In this document: positions 16,548-24,395 of the stretch, piece after piece
Layout of the letters: every line of letters starts with the position of its first letter
Position numbering within the stretch: the first letter of the stretch is position 1
Origin: Chthoniobacteraceae bacterium
GTDB taxonomy: Bacteria > Verrucomicrobiota > Verrucomicrobiia > Chthoniobacterales > Chthoniobacteraceae
Assembly: GCA_040081625.1 (NCBI GenBank)
Contig: JBEBGD010000086.1
Location: 1 to 24,395, forward strand
Direction: 5' to 3'
Length of the DNA: 24,395 bases
Translations under genes and position numbers: made by a program
Notes under the pieces: model-generated
Databases searched by the model: none
The model's input: the letters and a program-made list of their open reading frames with translations, nothing else
What the model was told of the DNA's origin: nothing

Positions 16548-17483
16548 ATGAGCAAACCAAACACAGCCATCGGCATCGACTTCGGCGGCACGAGCATCAA
16601 GGCCGCGATCGTGTGCGACGGCAAGATCGTGCAGCGAGGCGAAGTCATCGAAACTCTCGATCACGACGCGCAGTCGCTCACCGTCGCGCTTTTCGATCTC
16701 ATCAAGACGCTGCGCGCCGCGAACCCGGAGATCGCCGGCGTCGGCGTCGGGATGCCCGGCTTCGTGGACAGCCTGCACGGCGTCGTGCATCACCTCACCA
16801 ACGTCGAGGGATGGGACGACGTGCCGCTTGCGAAGTTGATCACGGACGCGACCGGGCTGCCGGCGATCGTGGAGAACGACGTAAAGGCGATGACTTACGG
16901 CGAGTGGAAATACGGCGCCGCGCGCGGCGTGCAGCACGCGGTCTGCGTGACGCTCGGCACGGGCGTCGGCGGCGGACTGATCATGAGCGGACGACTGCAC
17001 CGCGGCGCGCAGTTCGCCGCGGGCGAGATCGGGCACGCGAGCATCGACTACCGCGGGAAGGACGGCCCATACGGCAACTACGGCGGGCTCGAGGAGTATG
17101 TCGGCAACCAGCAGATCGCCGAGCGCGCCGTGGCGCTCTATCGCGTCGCGGGCCGTCCGCGCACGCTCGAGCAATGTTCGCCGCGTGAACTGGACCGACT
17201 CGCGCACGAAGGCGATTCGATCGCGAACGGCTTGTGGGAAACGGTCGGCCTGGAGATCGGCGCGGCGCTGGCGAACGTCGTGTGGATCGTCAATCCGGAG
17301 GTCATCGTCATCGGCGGCGGCGTGGCGAAAGCGGGTGACTTGCTCTTCGAGCCGATCCGCCGCTCGATCGCCTCGCGCACCGTGAAGCTCTTCCACGAAA
17401 ATCTGCGCATCGTCCCCGCCGCGCTCGGCAATGACGCGGGCATCGTCGGCAACGCCGCGCTCGTGCTCGACTCGCTGGGTTGA
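16548..17483 (+). CDS. ROK-family sugar kinase (glucokinase-like)
   Basis: IGIDFGGTSIK, GVGMPG, VENDVKA, VTLGTGVGGG, AGEIGH, NPEVIVIGGGVA, LGNDAGIVG. Confidence 0.92.
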   Translation: MSKPNTAIGIDFGGTSIKAAIVCDGKIVQRGEVIETLDHDAQSLTVALFDLIKTLRAANPEIAGVGVGMPGFVDSLHGVVHHLTNVEGWDDVPLAKLITDATGLPAIVENDVKAMTYGEWKYGAARGVQHAVCVTLGTGVGGGLIMSGRLHRGAQFAAGEIGHASIDYRGKDGPYGNYGGLEEYVGNQQIAERAVALYRVAGRPRTLEQCSPRELDRLAHEGDSIANGLWETVGLEIGAALANVVWIVNPEVIVIGGGVAKAGDLLFEPIRRSIASRTVKLFHENLRIVPAALGNDAGIVGNAALVLDSLG

Positions 17484-17517
17484 CCGCAGCATCACCCACG
17501 GCTTCACTCCACGTCCT

Positions 17518-18249
17518 ATGGGTCGTCAATGGCTCCTCGCGAAACGCGAGGTCAACTCCTCGAAGAAAGCTGCCGCCACGAGTAAGATCGTGAAGGAAAT
17601 CGCCGTCGCCGCAAAGCTCGGCGGGGCGGATCCCGCCGGCAATGCGCGGCTCTTTGCCGCCTGCGAGAAGGCTCGCCGCGAGTCGGTCTCGCGCGATGTG
17701 ATCCAGCGCGCGATCAACAAGGGCGCGGGCATCGGCGACGATAAGATGGTGATGGAGCACGTCGTCTTCGAAGGCTACGCGCCGCACAAGGTGCCGGTCA
17801 TCGTCGAGGTGCTCACCGACAACCAGAACCGCACCGCGCCCGAGCTTCGCGTGATCTTCAAGGCGGGGCAGCTCGGCACGGCGGGCAGCAATAAGTTTCT
17901 CTTCGATCATGTCGGCCTCGTCGAGGCGCACACGGCGAAGGCGGGCGCGGACATCGAGGAGGCGGCGATCGAAGCCGGGGCGGATGAAGTCCTGCCGCTC
18001 ACTCACGAGCAGAACGACGACATTCCCGCGGACGCGACCGGCGCGCGGTTCATTACCGATCGCGCGCAGACGGCGGCGGTGTCGAAATGGCTGGCGGCAA
18101 ATGGGTGGGCGGTCGTGACGAGTGAGCTGGGCTACGTGCCCAAGCAGTGCCCGGCGCTGAGCGACGAGCACATGGCGGAGGTTGGCGAGTTTCTCCAGTC
18201 GCTCGAGGACCACGATGACGTGCATCGGGTCTGGGCGGCGGTGAAGTAG
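17518..18249 (+). CDS. YebC/PmpR family protein
   Basis: GGADPAGNARL, VIQRAINKG, FEGYAP, VEVLTDNQNRT, AIEAGADEV, LEDHDDVHRVW. Confidence 0.93.
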   Translation: MGRQWLLAKREVNSSKKAAATSKIVKEIAVAAKLGGADPAGNARLFAACEKARRESVSRDVIQRAINKGAGIGDDKMVMEHVVFEGYAPHKVPVIVEVLTDNQNRTAPELRVIFKAGQLGTAGSNKFLFDHVGLVEAHTAKAGADIEEAAIEAGADEVLPLTHEQNDDIPADATGARFITDRAQTAAVSKWLAANGWAVVTSELGYVPKQCPALSDEHMAEVGEFLQSLEDHDDVHRVWAAVK

Positions 18250-18879
18250 TCAGCTCTGGTCTGCGCGGAGCACGGATTCGATCCGGGCGCGTTCGCTTTC
18301 GAACCCGGCCTCGCCATCCGTGGCCGCGACGTTTTCCAAGGGCTGAAGCACAATCTCGACGCTCGAGAAAGGCTTCGGGATCATGAAGCCGTCCCAGCTT
18401 TTGAGCTGCCAGAAGCGCGAGTAGTGGACGCGGATGGGGCAGATGGCCGCGCCCGTTTTTTGGGCGAGGGTGATGACGCCGGGGTTGAGCGTGTAGCGCG
18501 GGCCGCGCGGGCCGTCGGGGGTGATGCCGATGTGGTAGCCGTCGCGCGCGAGGCGGATGAGTTCGATGAGCGCGGCAACGCCGCGGCGTGAGCTGGAGCC
18601 TCGCACGGCCTGGATGCGAAAGCGGGCGAGGAAGGCGGCGACGATTTCGCCGTCCTTGCTGGCGCTGGTGAGCGCGGCGCCGGGGCGTTCGCCGAGGGCG
18701 CGGCGGTAGAAGTCGGGGACGATGAAGAGGCGGTTGTGCCAGAAGATCCAGATGACTGGCGCAGCGTCGGGGGCGAGCACGCCGGCGCGGTCTTCGATCC
18801 GCACGCGGAGGGTGGCGATGACGGCGCGGACGACCCACTCGCCGAGGCGCGCGATGAGGGCGGCCTTGCGCGGGGTCAC
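18250..18879 (-). CDS. DUF374 / lysophospholipid acyltransferase-like protein
   Basis: FWHNR, SASKDGEI, VRGSSSRRG, ITPDGPRGP, SWDGFMIPKPFS. GTG start overlaps the ubiX stop (GTGA). Confidence 0.88.
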   Translation of the reverse strand: MTPRKAALIARLGEWVVRAVIATLRVRIEDRAGVLAPDAAPVIWIFWHNRLFIVPDFYRRALGERPGAALTSASKDGEIVAAFLARFRIQAVRGSSSRRGVAALIELIRLARDGYHIGITPDGPRGPRYTLNPGVITLAQKTGAAICPIRVHYSRFWQLKSWDGFMIPKPFSSVEIVLQPLENVAATDGEAGFESERARIESVLRADQS

Positions 18880-19433
18880 TCCGCCTGCTCCTGCCAGCGG
18901 AAGGCGTCGCGCACGGGCAGATCGAGCTGGTCGAGAATGCGCGCGACGACGGTGTCGGCGACGGCTTCGATCGTCTGCGGGCGGCTGTAAAAATGCGGGC
19001 TGGCGGGCAGCACAATCGCACCGGCCTCGAGCAGCGTGCACACGTTGCGCGCGTGGATGAGATTCCACGGTGTCTCGCGCGGGACGAGGATGAGCTTGCG
19101 ACGTTCTTTTAGGAAAACGTCGGCGGCGCGCAGGATGGCGCTCTCGGCCGTGCCGGCGGCGATGCGGCCGAGCGTGCCCATCGTGCAGGGGACGACGACC
19201 ATCGCATCAAAGCGCGTCGAGCCGCTGGCGAACGGGACGTTCATCGACTTGTCGCCGTGGACTTGCACCTCCTGCGGGATGAGCAGCTCGCCGCCGAGTT
19301 CCTCCGCGATGACCTGCCGCGCGAAGGCGCTCAAGACCAGATGCACCTCATGCGCGGTCGCATCGATCTGGTCGAGCAGACGCTGGAGGTAAATCGCGCC
19401 GCTGGCACCCGTGCCGGCGAGGACCAGTTTCAC
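18876..19433 (-). CDS. ubiX: Flavin prenyltransferase
   Basis: TGASGAIY, ASGS, VVPCTMGTL, RAADVFLKERRKLILVPRETP, PASPHFY. Confidence 0.95.
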   Translation of the reverse strand: MKLVLAGTGASGAIYLQRLLDQIDATAHEVHLVLSAFARQVIAEELGGELLIPQEVQVHGDKSMNVPFASGSTRFDAMVVVPCTMGTLGRIAAGTAESAILRAADVFLKERRKLILVPRETPWNLIHARNVCTLLEAGAIVLPASPHFYSRPQTIEAVADTVVARILDQLDLPVRDAFRWQEQAE

Positions 19434-20146
19434 TACTTCTGCGTCGCGCCAGGCAGCGGCGGCGGCGGGACGGCGGCGTTGGCCTCGGCTTCCTCGGCGG
19501 CCTGTTTCTTGAGGTAGGTCTTTACCGCGGAATCCCAGCGGCCGAAGTCGTTGCCGAAGTCTTCATCGAGGAAAATCTCGAGGTCGGTCAGCGCTTCCTC
19601 GTGGTGGGGGTGGTTGGGGATCTTCGCGATCTCGAGCAGTGCGGGCAGCTTGGTGGAGTCGTCGCGGTTCATCAGGTCGGTGACGAATACGTCGAGCACT
19701 TCCTCGGGCAGGTTCGGGTTCTTCACGAGCGGGAGCACTTTGCTGTAGTTCTCGTCGAGGACGAGATTGGAGATGTGCTGCGCGGCTTCCTCCTGCCCCT
19801 CGGGCGGGAGCGTGGGCAGCATGTTGATGAGGATCTGCGCGGTCTGCGATTCGTCGGCGGCGGAGCGGAGCACTTCGTCGATCCGCAGTTCCCACTCGGC
19901 GAGCGGGCGCGGCGTGCCGGCGGGCTTGGGCGGCATCGGAGCGTTGGCGGTCTCGATTTTCTTCGGCGTCCCGGGAGCGATCGAAGGTGGGAGATTGACC
20001 TGCGGTCCGACGGGCACGTGGATGTCCGCGGGCGCCGTGCCGGTGTTGAGGTCGGGGACTTTGGTCGAATTCAAAAACCAAAGGGTGCCACCGGCGATCG
20101 CGAGGACGACAGCGGCGAGGACGAGGAGTGGGCGGTTGTTGTTCAT
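19433..20146 (-). CDS. Hypothetical membrane-anchored protein (N-terminal TM, Pro-rich linker, helical acidic domain)
   Basis: RPLLVLAAVVLAIAGGTLWF anchor, Pro-rich segment, amphipathic helical repeats. 1-nt overlap with ubiX; normal codon style. Confidence 0.8.
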   Translation of the reverse strand: MNNNRPLLVLAAVVLAIAGGTLWFLNSTKVPDLNTGTAPADIHVPVGPQVNLPPSIAPGTPKKIETANAPMPPKPAGTPRPLAEWELRIDEVLRSAADESQTAQILINMLPTLPPEGQEEAAQHISNLVLDENYSKVLPLVKNPNLPEEVLDVFVTDLMNRDDSTKLPALLEIAKIPNHPHHEEALTDLEIFLDEDFGNDFGRWDSAVKTYLKKQAAEEAEANAAVPPPPLPGATQK

Positions 20147-20164
20147 GGGCCGTGTGAAGTGAAT

Positions 20165-21667
<1,503 letters not shown>

Positions 21668-21766
21668 CGAAAAGTGATTTGGGTTTTAGTGGGGTCTCGG
21701 GTAGAAACCGGGCGCGCAGGCTAGGTGGCCACGCCAAAAAGCAAAACCGAAATCTCAACCTCCCGA

Positions 21767-22147
21767 ATGGTCCTCAAACTCCTGCACACCCGCTACCGCG
21801 TCGCCGACCTCGAGCGCACCGTCTCTTTCTATAAAGACGTGCTCGGCCTCGCGGAGACGCGCCGCTCGACTTCGCCGCGCGGTTCGACGCTGGTTTTCTT
21901 CAAGGCGCCCGGCAGCGAGGAGGAGATCGAGATCTGCCACTTCCCCGCCAGCGGCCCCGTCGTCGTCGGGCCGGACCTCACGCACCTCGCCTTCGAGGTC
22001 GAAGATATCGAGGCTTTTGCGAAGCACGCCGCCGCCAGGGGCTACCCGCTCAGCGACGGCCCCACGCCGACCGGCTCCGGCAGCGTGATCGCCTTCATCG
22101 ACGCCCCCGAGGGCTACGAGGTGGAGCTGATCCAGAGAGGGATATGA
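21767..22147 (+). CDS. VOC/glyoxalase family protein (lactoylglutathione lyase-like)
   Basis: LLHTRYRVADLERTVSFYKDVLG, HLAFEVED, AFIDAPEGYEVELIQ. Confidence 0.88.
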   Translation: MVLKLLHTRYRVADLERTVSFYKDVLGLAETRRSTSPRGSTLVFFKAPGSEEEIEICHFPASGPVVVGPDLTHLAFEVEDIEAFAKHAAARGYPLSDGPTPTGSGSVIAFIDAPEGYEVELIQRGI

Positions 22148-22149
22148 GC

Positions 22150-22269
22150 TTCGGGTTTCAAGTTTCGAGTTTCGAGTGGGACAGCGCCGTCCGTAAGGAC
22201 GGAGGCCACCCACTCGTGCCCGCGCTCGCGCGCTCCACCCGAAACCCGAAACCCGAAACCCGAAACCCG
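22150..22269. repeat. Inverted heptamer arrays enclosing a GNRA-capped hairpin
   Basis: TTCRRGT x4 (22150-22177) and ACCCGAA x4 (22237-22264, reverse complement of TTCGGGT). Internal stems CGAGTGGG/CCCACTCG and CCGTCC-GTAA-GGACGG. Confidence 0.9.
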
Positions 22270-22270
22270 C

Positions 22271-22549
22271 ATGGAATTTGACTGGCTCGACACACCCTTC
22301 GACCTGCACGCGGTGCCGCCCAAGGAGATCGAGGAATCCTTCGAGGATCCTTTCAGCCTCCGCCTGCTGCCCGAGGGCATCGAGGACGACAGCAAGGCGC
22401 GCTTTTTCAACCTCGGCAAGACCCTCGGCGACCGCGGCATCTTCTCGCTGTTTTGGACCGACGGAAAACGCTACCGCGTGATCCTCGCCCGCGACATGAC
22501 GCCCGAGGAGCAGACCGTTTACGACCGCAACAACTCGGAGGCCTTTTGA
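22271..22549 (+). CDS. BrnT-like (DUF497) toxin-family protein
   Basis: MEFDW start, E..E.F.DP, R...LGKT...R, RVILARDMT..E...Y; 92 aa. Confidence 0.75.
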   Translation: MEFDWLDTPFDLHAVPPKEIEESFEDPFSLRLLPEGIEDDSKARFFNLGKTLGDRGIFSLFWTDGKRYRVILARDMTPEEQTVYDRNNSEAF

Positions 22550-22821
22550 TGAAAGTCATCCTGCGCTGGACCGACATTCCGCACTTCGACTCGGAGGAAG
22601 ACGAGGCCGCATTCTGGGCCGGCGCGCGCCTCGATGTGCGGTTGATGAACTCCTCCGTGCTCAAGGCCGACACACGCGATTCGACCACGATCACGCTCCG
22701 CTTCGACCCCCGAATGCTCGCCCGCATCAAGCGCCTCGCCCGAAGCCGGTTTCTAAACTACCAGAGCATGATCAAGCAATGGCTCAGTGAGCGGATGGAG
22801 AAGGAACTCGGCGACAGATAG
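22549..22821 (+). CDS. CopG/BrnA-like ribbon-helix-helix antitoxin-family protein
   Basis: IPHFDSEEDEAAFW N-terminal motif and TITLRFDPRMLARIKRLARSRFLNYQSMIKQWLSE RHH motif. TGATG coupling with the upstream gene. Confidence 0.8.
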   Translation: MKVILRWTDIPHFDSEEDEAAFWAGARLDVRLMNSSVLKADTRDSTTITLRFDPRMLARIKRLARSRFLNYQSMIKQWLSERMEKELGDR

Positions 22822-22824
22822 CGC

Positions 22825-22956
22825 CCGGCCTTCGCACCCGGGAGATCGCAGCTCGGCCGGTCACCCGACGGGGAGTTCCCCCCGGTCCCCCCGCCAACCC
22901 TCCGGCCGAGCTGCTCCCCTATTTGGAGAGTTGCCCCCTTGTCCGAATTCGGACCG
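22825..22956 (-). ncRNA. Candidate sigma-54-dependent small RNA (boundaries approximate)
   Basis: Starts about 12 nt downstream of a -24/-12 promoter. 5' palindrome GTCCGAATTCGGAC and a 13-bp perfect stem (22848-22860/22902-22914). G-rich with five GGA motifs. No ATG-initiated ORF. Confidence 0.45.
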
Positions 22957-22966
22957 GCTGCGCTTT

Positions 22967-22982
22967 AGCAACGCCGGTGCCA
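22967..22982 (-). promoter_or_regulatory. Sigma-54 (RpoN) -24/-12 promoter
   Basis: Minus strand reads TGGCACCGGCGTTGCT, matching TGGCAC-N5-TTGC(A/T) with exact GG-N10-GC spacing. It lies in a 300-bp intergenic region. Confidence 0.72.
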
Positions 22983-23081
22983 GCACTGCCTGCGCGTCAG
23001 GCCGCGTTCCGTTTTACAGAGGAAAATCGCCTGAAAATACTCCAGAGCCACACATCCCCGTGCTCGTAACCGGGGCGATCA

Positions 23082-23099
23082 GTGGCGATATTTCGCCAC
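23082..23099. promoter_or_regulatory. Palindromic candidate enhancer (bEBP upstream activating sequence)
   Basis: GTGGCGA-TATT-TCGCCAC, centred about 135 bp upstream of the predicted sigma-54 start site. No U-tract follows on either strand. Confidence 0.45.
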
Positions 23100-23122
23100 G
23101 ACTGGCCAAGGAACGCCGCCGC

Positions 23123-24395
23123 TCACGGGCCAATGCACGCCCGCACATTCCACCCCGCCGCTTCGAGCCTGCGCCGCGCTTCATCGTAGGGAATCTTCAA
23201 CGCCTCCGCGACCATCCGCGCGCCGCGGTCGCGCAGCTTTTCATTGGAAATACCGACATTGATCATCCGGTTCCCGCGCACCCGCCCGAGCCGCACCATC
23301 GCCGCGGTCGAGAGCAGGTTGAGCACGACCTTCGTCGCCGTCCCCGCCTTCAGCCGCGTCGAGCCAGTCACGATCTCCGCGCCCGTCGGCAGGTCGATCT
23401 CCACATCCCAGCCCGTGCGCGCCCGCGCCGGATTGCACGTCAGCAGCAGCGTCCGCGCGCCGAGCTCCCGTGCCTTTTCCAGCGCGCCGAGCACGAACGG
23501 CGTCCGCCCGCTCGCCGCGATCCCGCACACCACGTCACCCGCGCGCACCCCGCGCTGGAGCAGTGCGAGCGCGCCGCCTTCCGGTTGATCCTCCGCACCC
23601 TCGACCGCCCGGTGCAGAGCCGTCGCACCCCCCGCCATGATCCCCTGCACCAGCTCCGGCGACACGCCAAAGGTCGGTGGGATCTCGCTCGCATCGAGCA
23701 CCCCGAGCCGACCGCTCGATCCCGCGCCCACGTGGAAAAGCCGGCCACCCGCGCTCATCACCGCGCACACCAACTCGACCGCCGCTGTCAGCTCCGTGCG
23801 CCGCGCCTTCAGCGCCTCGCTCACGCACTCCTCCTCGCTCGCAAAAAGCTCCACCACCTCCGCCGCGCTCATCGAGTCGAGATTCGCCGAGCGCGGGTTC
23901 TCTTGTTCGGTGGCGAGTTCCGCGAGCCGGATCGCTCCCATGGGACTCATGGGACTCATGGGTCCCATCTCCGCCAGCCACGCCGCCCCGACCGCCCCAC
24001 TCTCCCGGCACACCTGCACCCGCGCACCGCGCAGCAGCACGCTCAGCCGCATCTTGAAAATCGCCGCGTAGTCCTCGTGGTGCGCAAAGAGCCCGCCAAA
24101 CAACCGCACCTCCGCCTCCGGCCACTCCAGCCGCTCCGCCACCGCGCGCACAAACTCCGCAAGCACGCCAGCGCCCGCCTCGATCACCCCGAGCATCTCC
24201 GGCTCGCCCAGCCGCGCCGCCTCGAAGACCGCCGGCGCCAGCCGCGCGACCGACATCTTGTCCGCATCCATAGCCCACGTCGAAAGATCGCGAAGCGAAT
24301 TGAGCGACAGCTCCCGCAGGATGCGCCCGGCCAGCGGCGAGATGCGCTGGTCGAGATCGAACCGCGTGAGCACCTGCCGCAGCGCCTGCCTCGCG
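23123..24395 (-). CDS. murQ: Fusion of a BadF/MurK-like sugar-kinase domain and N-acetylmuramic acid 6-phosphate etherase; 5' end outside window
   Basis: C-terminal MurQ: TEQENPRS, GAGSSGRLGVLDASEIPPTFG, EGAED, GIAASGRTPFV, GAEIVTGSTRLKAGTATK. N-terminal part (VARLAPAVFEAA..G, LFGGLF, GAVGAAWLA) resembles the C-terminal half of BadF-type amino-sugar kinases. Frame is open to the window end. Confidence 0.9.
   Translation of the reverse strand, partial: ARQALRQVLTRFDLDQRISPLAGRILRELSLNSLRDLSTWAMDADKMSVARLAPAVFEAARLGEPEMLGVIEAGAGVLAEFVRAVAERLEWPEAEVRLFGGLFAHHEDYAAIFKMRLSVLLRGARVQVCRESGAVGAAWLAEMGPMSPMSPMGAIRLAELATEQENPRSANLDSMSAAEVVELFASEEECVSEALKARRTELTAAVELVCAVMSAGGRLFHVGAGSSGRLGVLDASEIPPTFGVSPELVQGIMAGGATALHRAVEGAEDQPEGGALALLQRGVRAGDVVCGIAASGRTPFVLGALEKARELGARTLLLTCNPARARTGWDVEIDLPTGAEIVTGSTRLKAGTATKVVLNLLSTAAMVRLGRVRGNRMINVGISNEKLRDRGARMVAEALKIPYDEARRRLEAAGWNVRACIGP
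23939..23968. repeat. Nonamer tandem repeat in the inter-domain linker of the murQ fusion
   Basis: CATGGGACT CATGGGACT CATGGGTCC CAT; encodes MGPMSPMSPM on the minus strand. Confidence 0.88.

Noticed and set aside
16446..17507. N-terminal extension making an 814-aa ROK protein
   Set aside because: Antisense to the plus-strand ROK kinase; a credible start is ATG 16445.
22150..22270. CRISPR array interpretation of the repeats
   Set aside because: Units are contiguous 7-mers with no unique spacers, and there are no cas genes.
22780..22900. Small TTG-initiated peptide within the candidate sRNA
   Set aside because: The TTG sits immediately after GGAGGG with no spacing, the product is low-complexity, and it runs antisense into the antitoxin gene.
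23082..23099. Dyad as an intrinsic terminator of murQ
   Set aside because: No U-tract follows on the minus strand. Its position fits a sigma-54 enhancer better, though a dual role cannot be excluded.

Overview
High-GC bacterial chromosomal window; gene content and style suggest Verrucomicrobiota (Chthoniobacterales-like), which is an inference. Most of it is housekeeping or metabolic: glycerate kinase (partial), fabD, a STAS anti-anti-sigma factor, Uma2, rarA, apbE, recA, DUF2062, an OmpR-family two-component pair, coaX, an amino-sugar cluster (ROK, PIG-L deacetylase, nagB, second ROK), yebC, DUF374, ubiX, xylB, a glyoxalase, a BrnT/CopG-like pair and a sugar-kinase-MurQ fusion (partial). Five things stand out. 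(1) An ORF-less intergenic region at 22822-23122 holds a consensus sigma-54 promoter, a palindromic enhancer-like site about 135 bp upstream and a structured G-rich transcript, a candidate undescribed sigma-54 sRNA. (2) A 1.7-kb islet between apbE and recA has an intact SBD-HNH (phosphorothioate-dependent type) nuclease between a dndC stump and a HerA-like ATPase stump. (3) Short-tandem-repeat/palindromic elements recur: 7-mers between genes, and 6- and 9-mers inserted in frame in rarA and the murQ fusion. (4) A secreted protein of five copies of an unrecognised ~110-120 aa domain lies behind the two-component system. (5) The amino-sugar genes may form a NagA-independent route. No tRNA, rRNA, CRISPR array or transposase was seen. 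All family calls come from motif recognition, not database searches.
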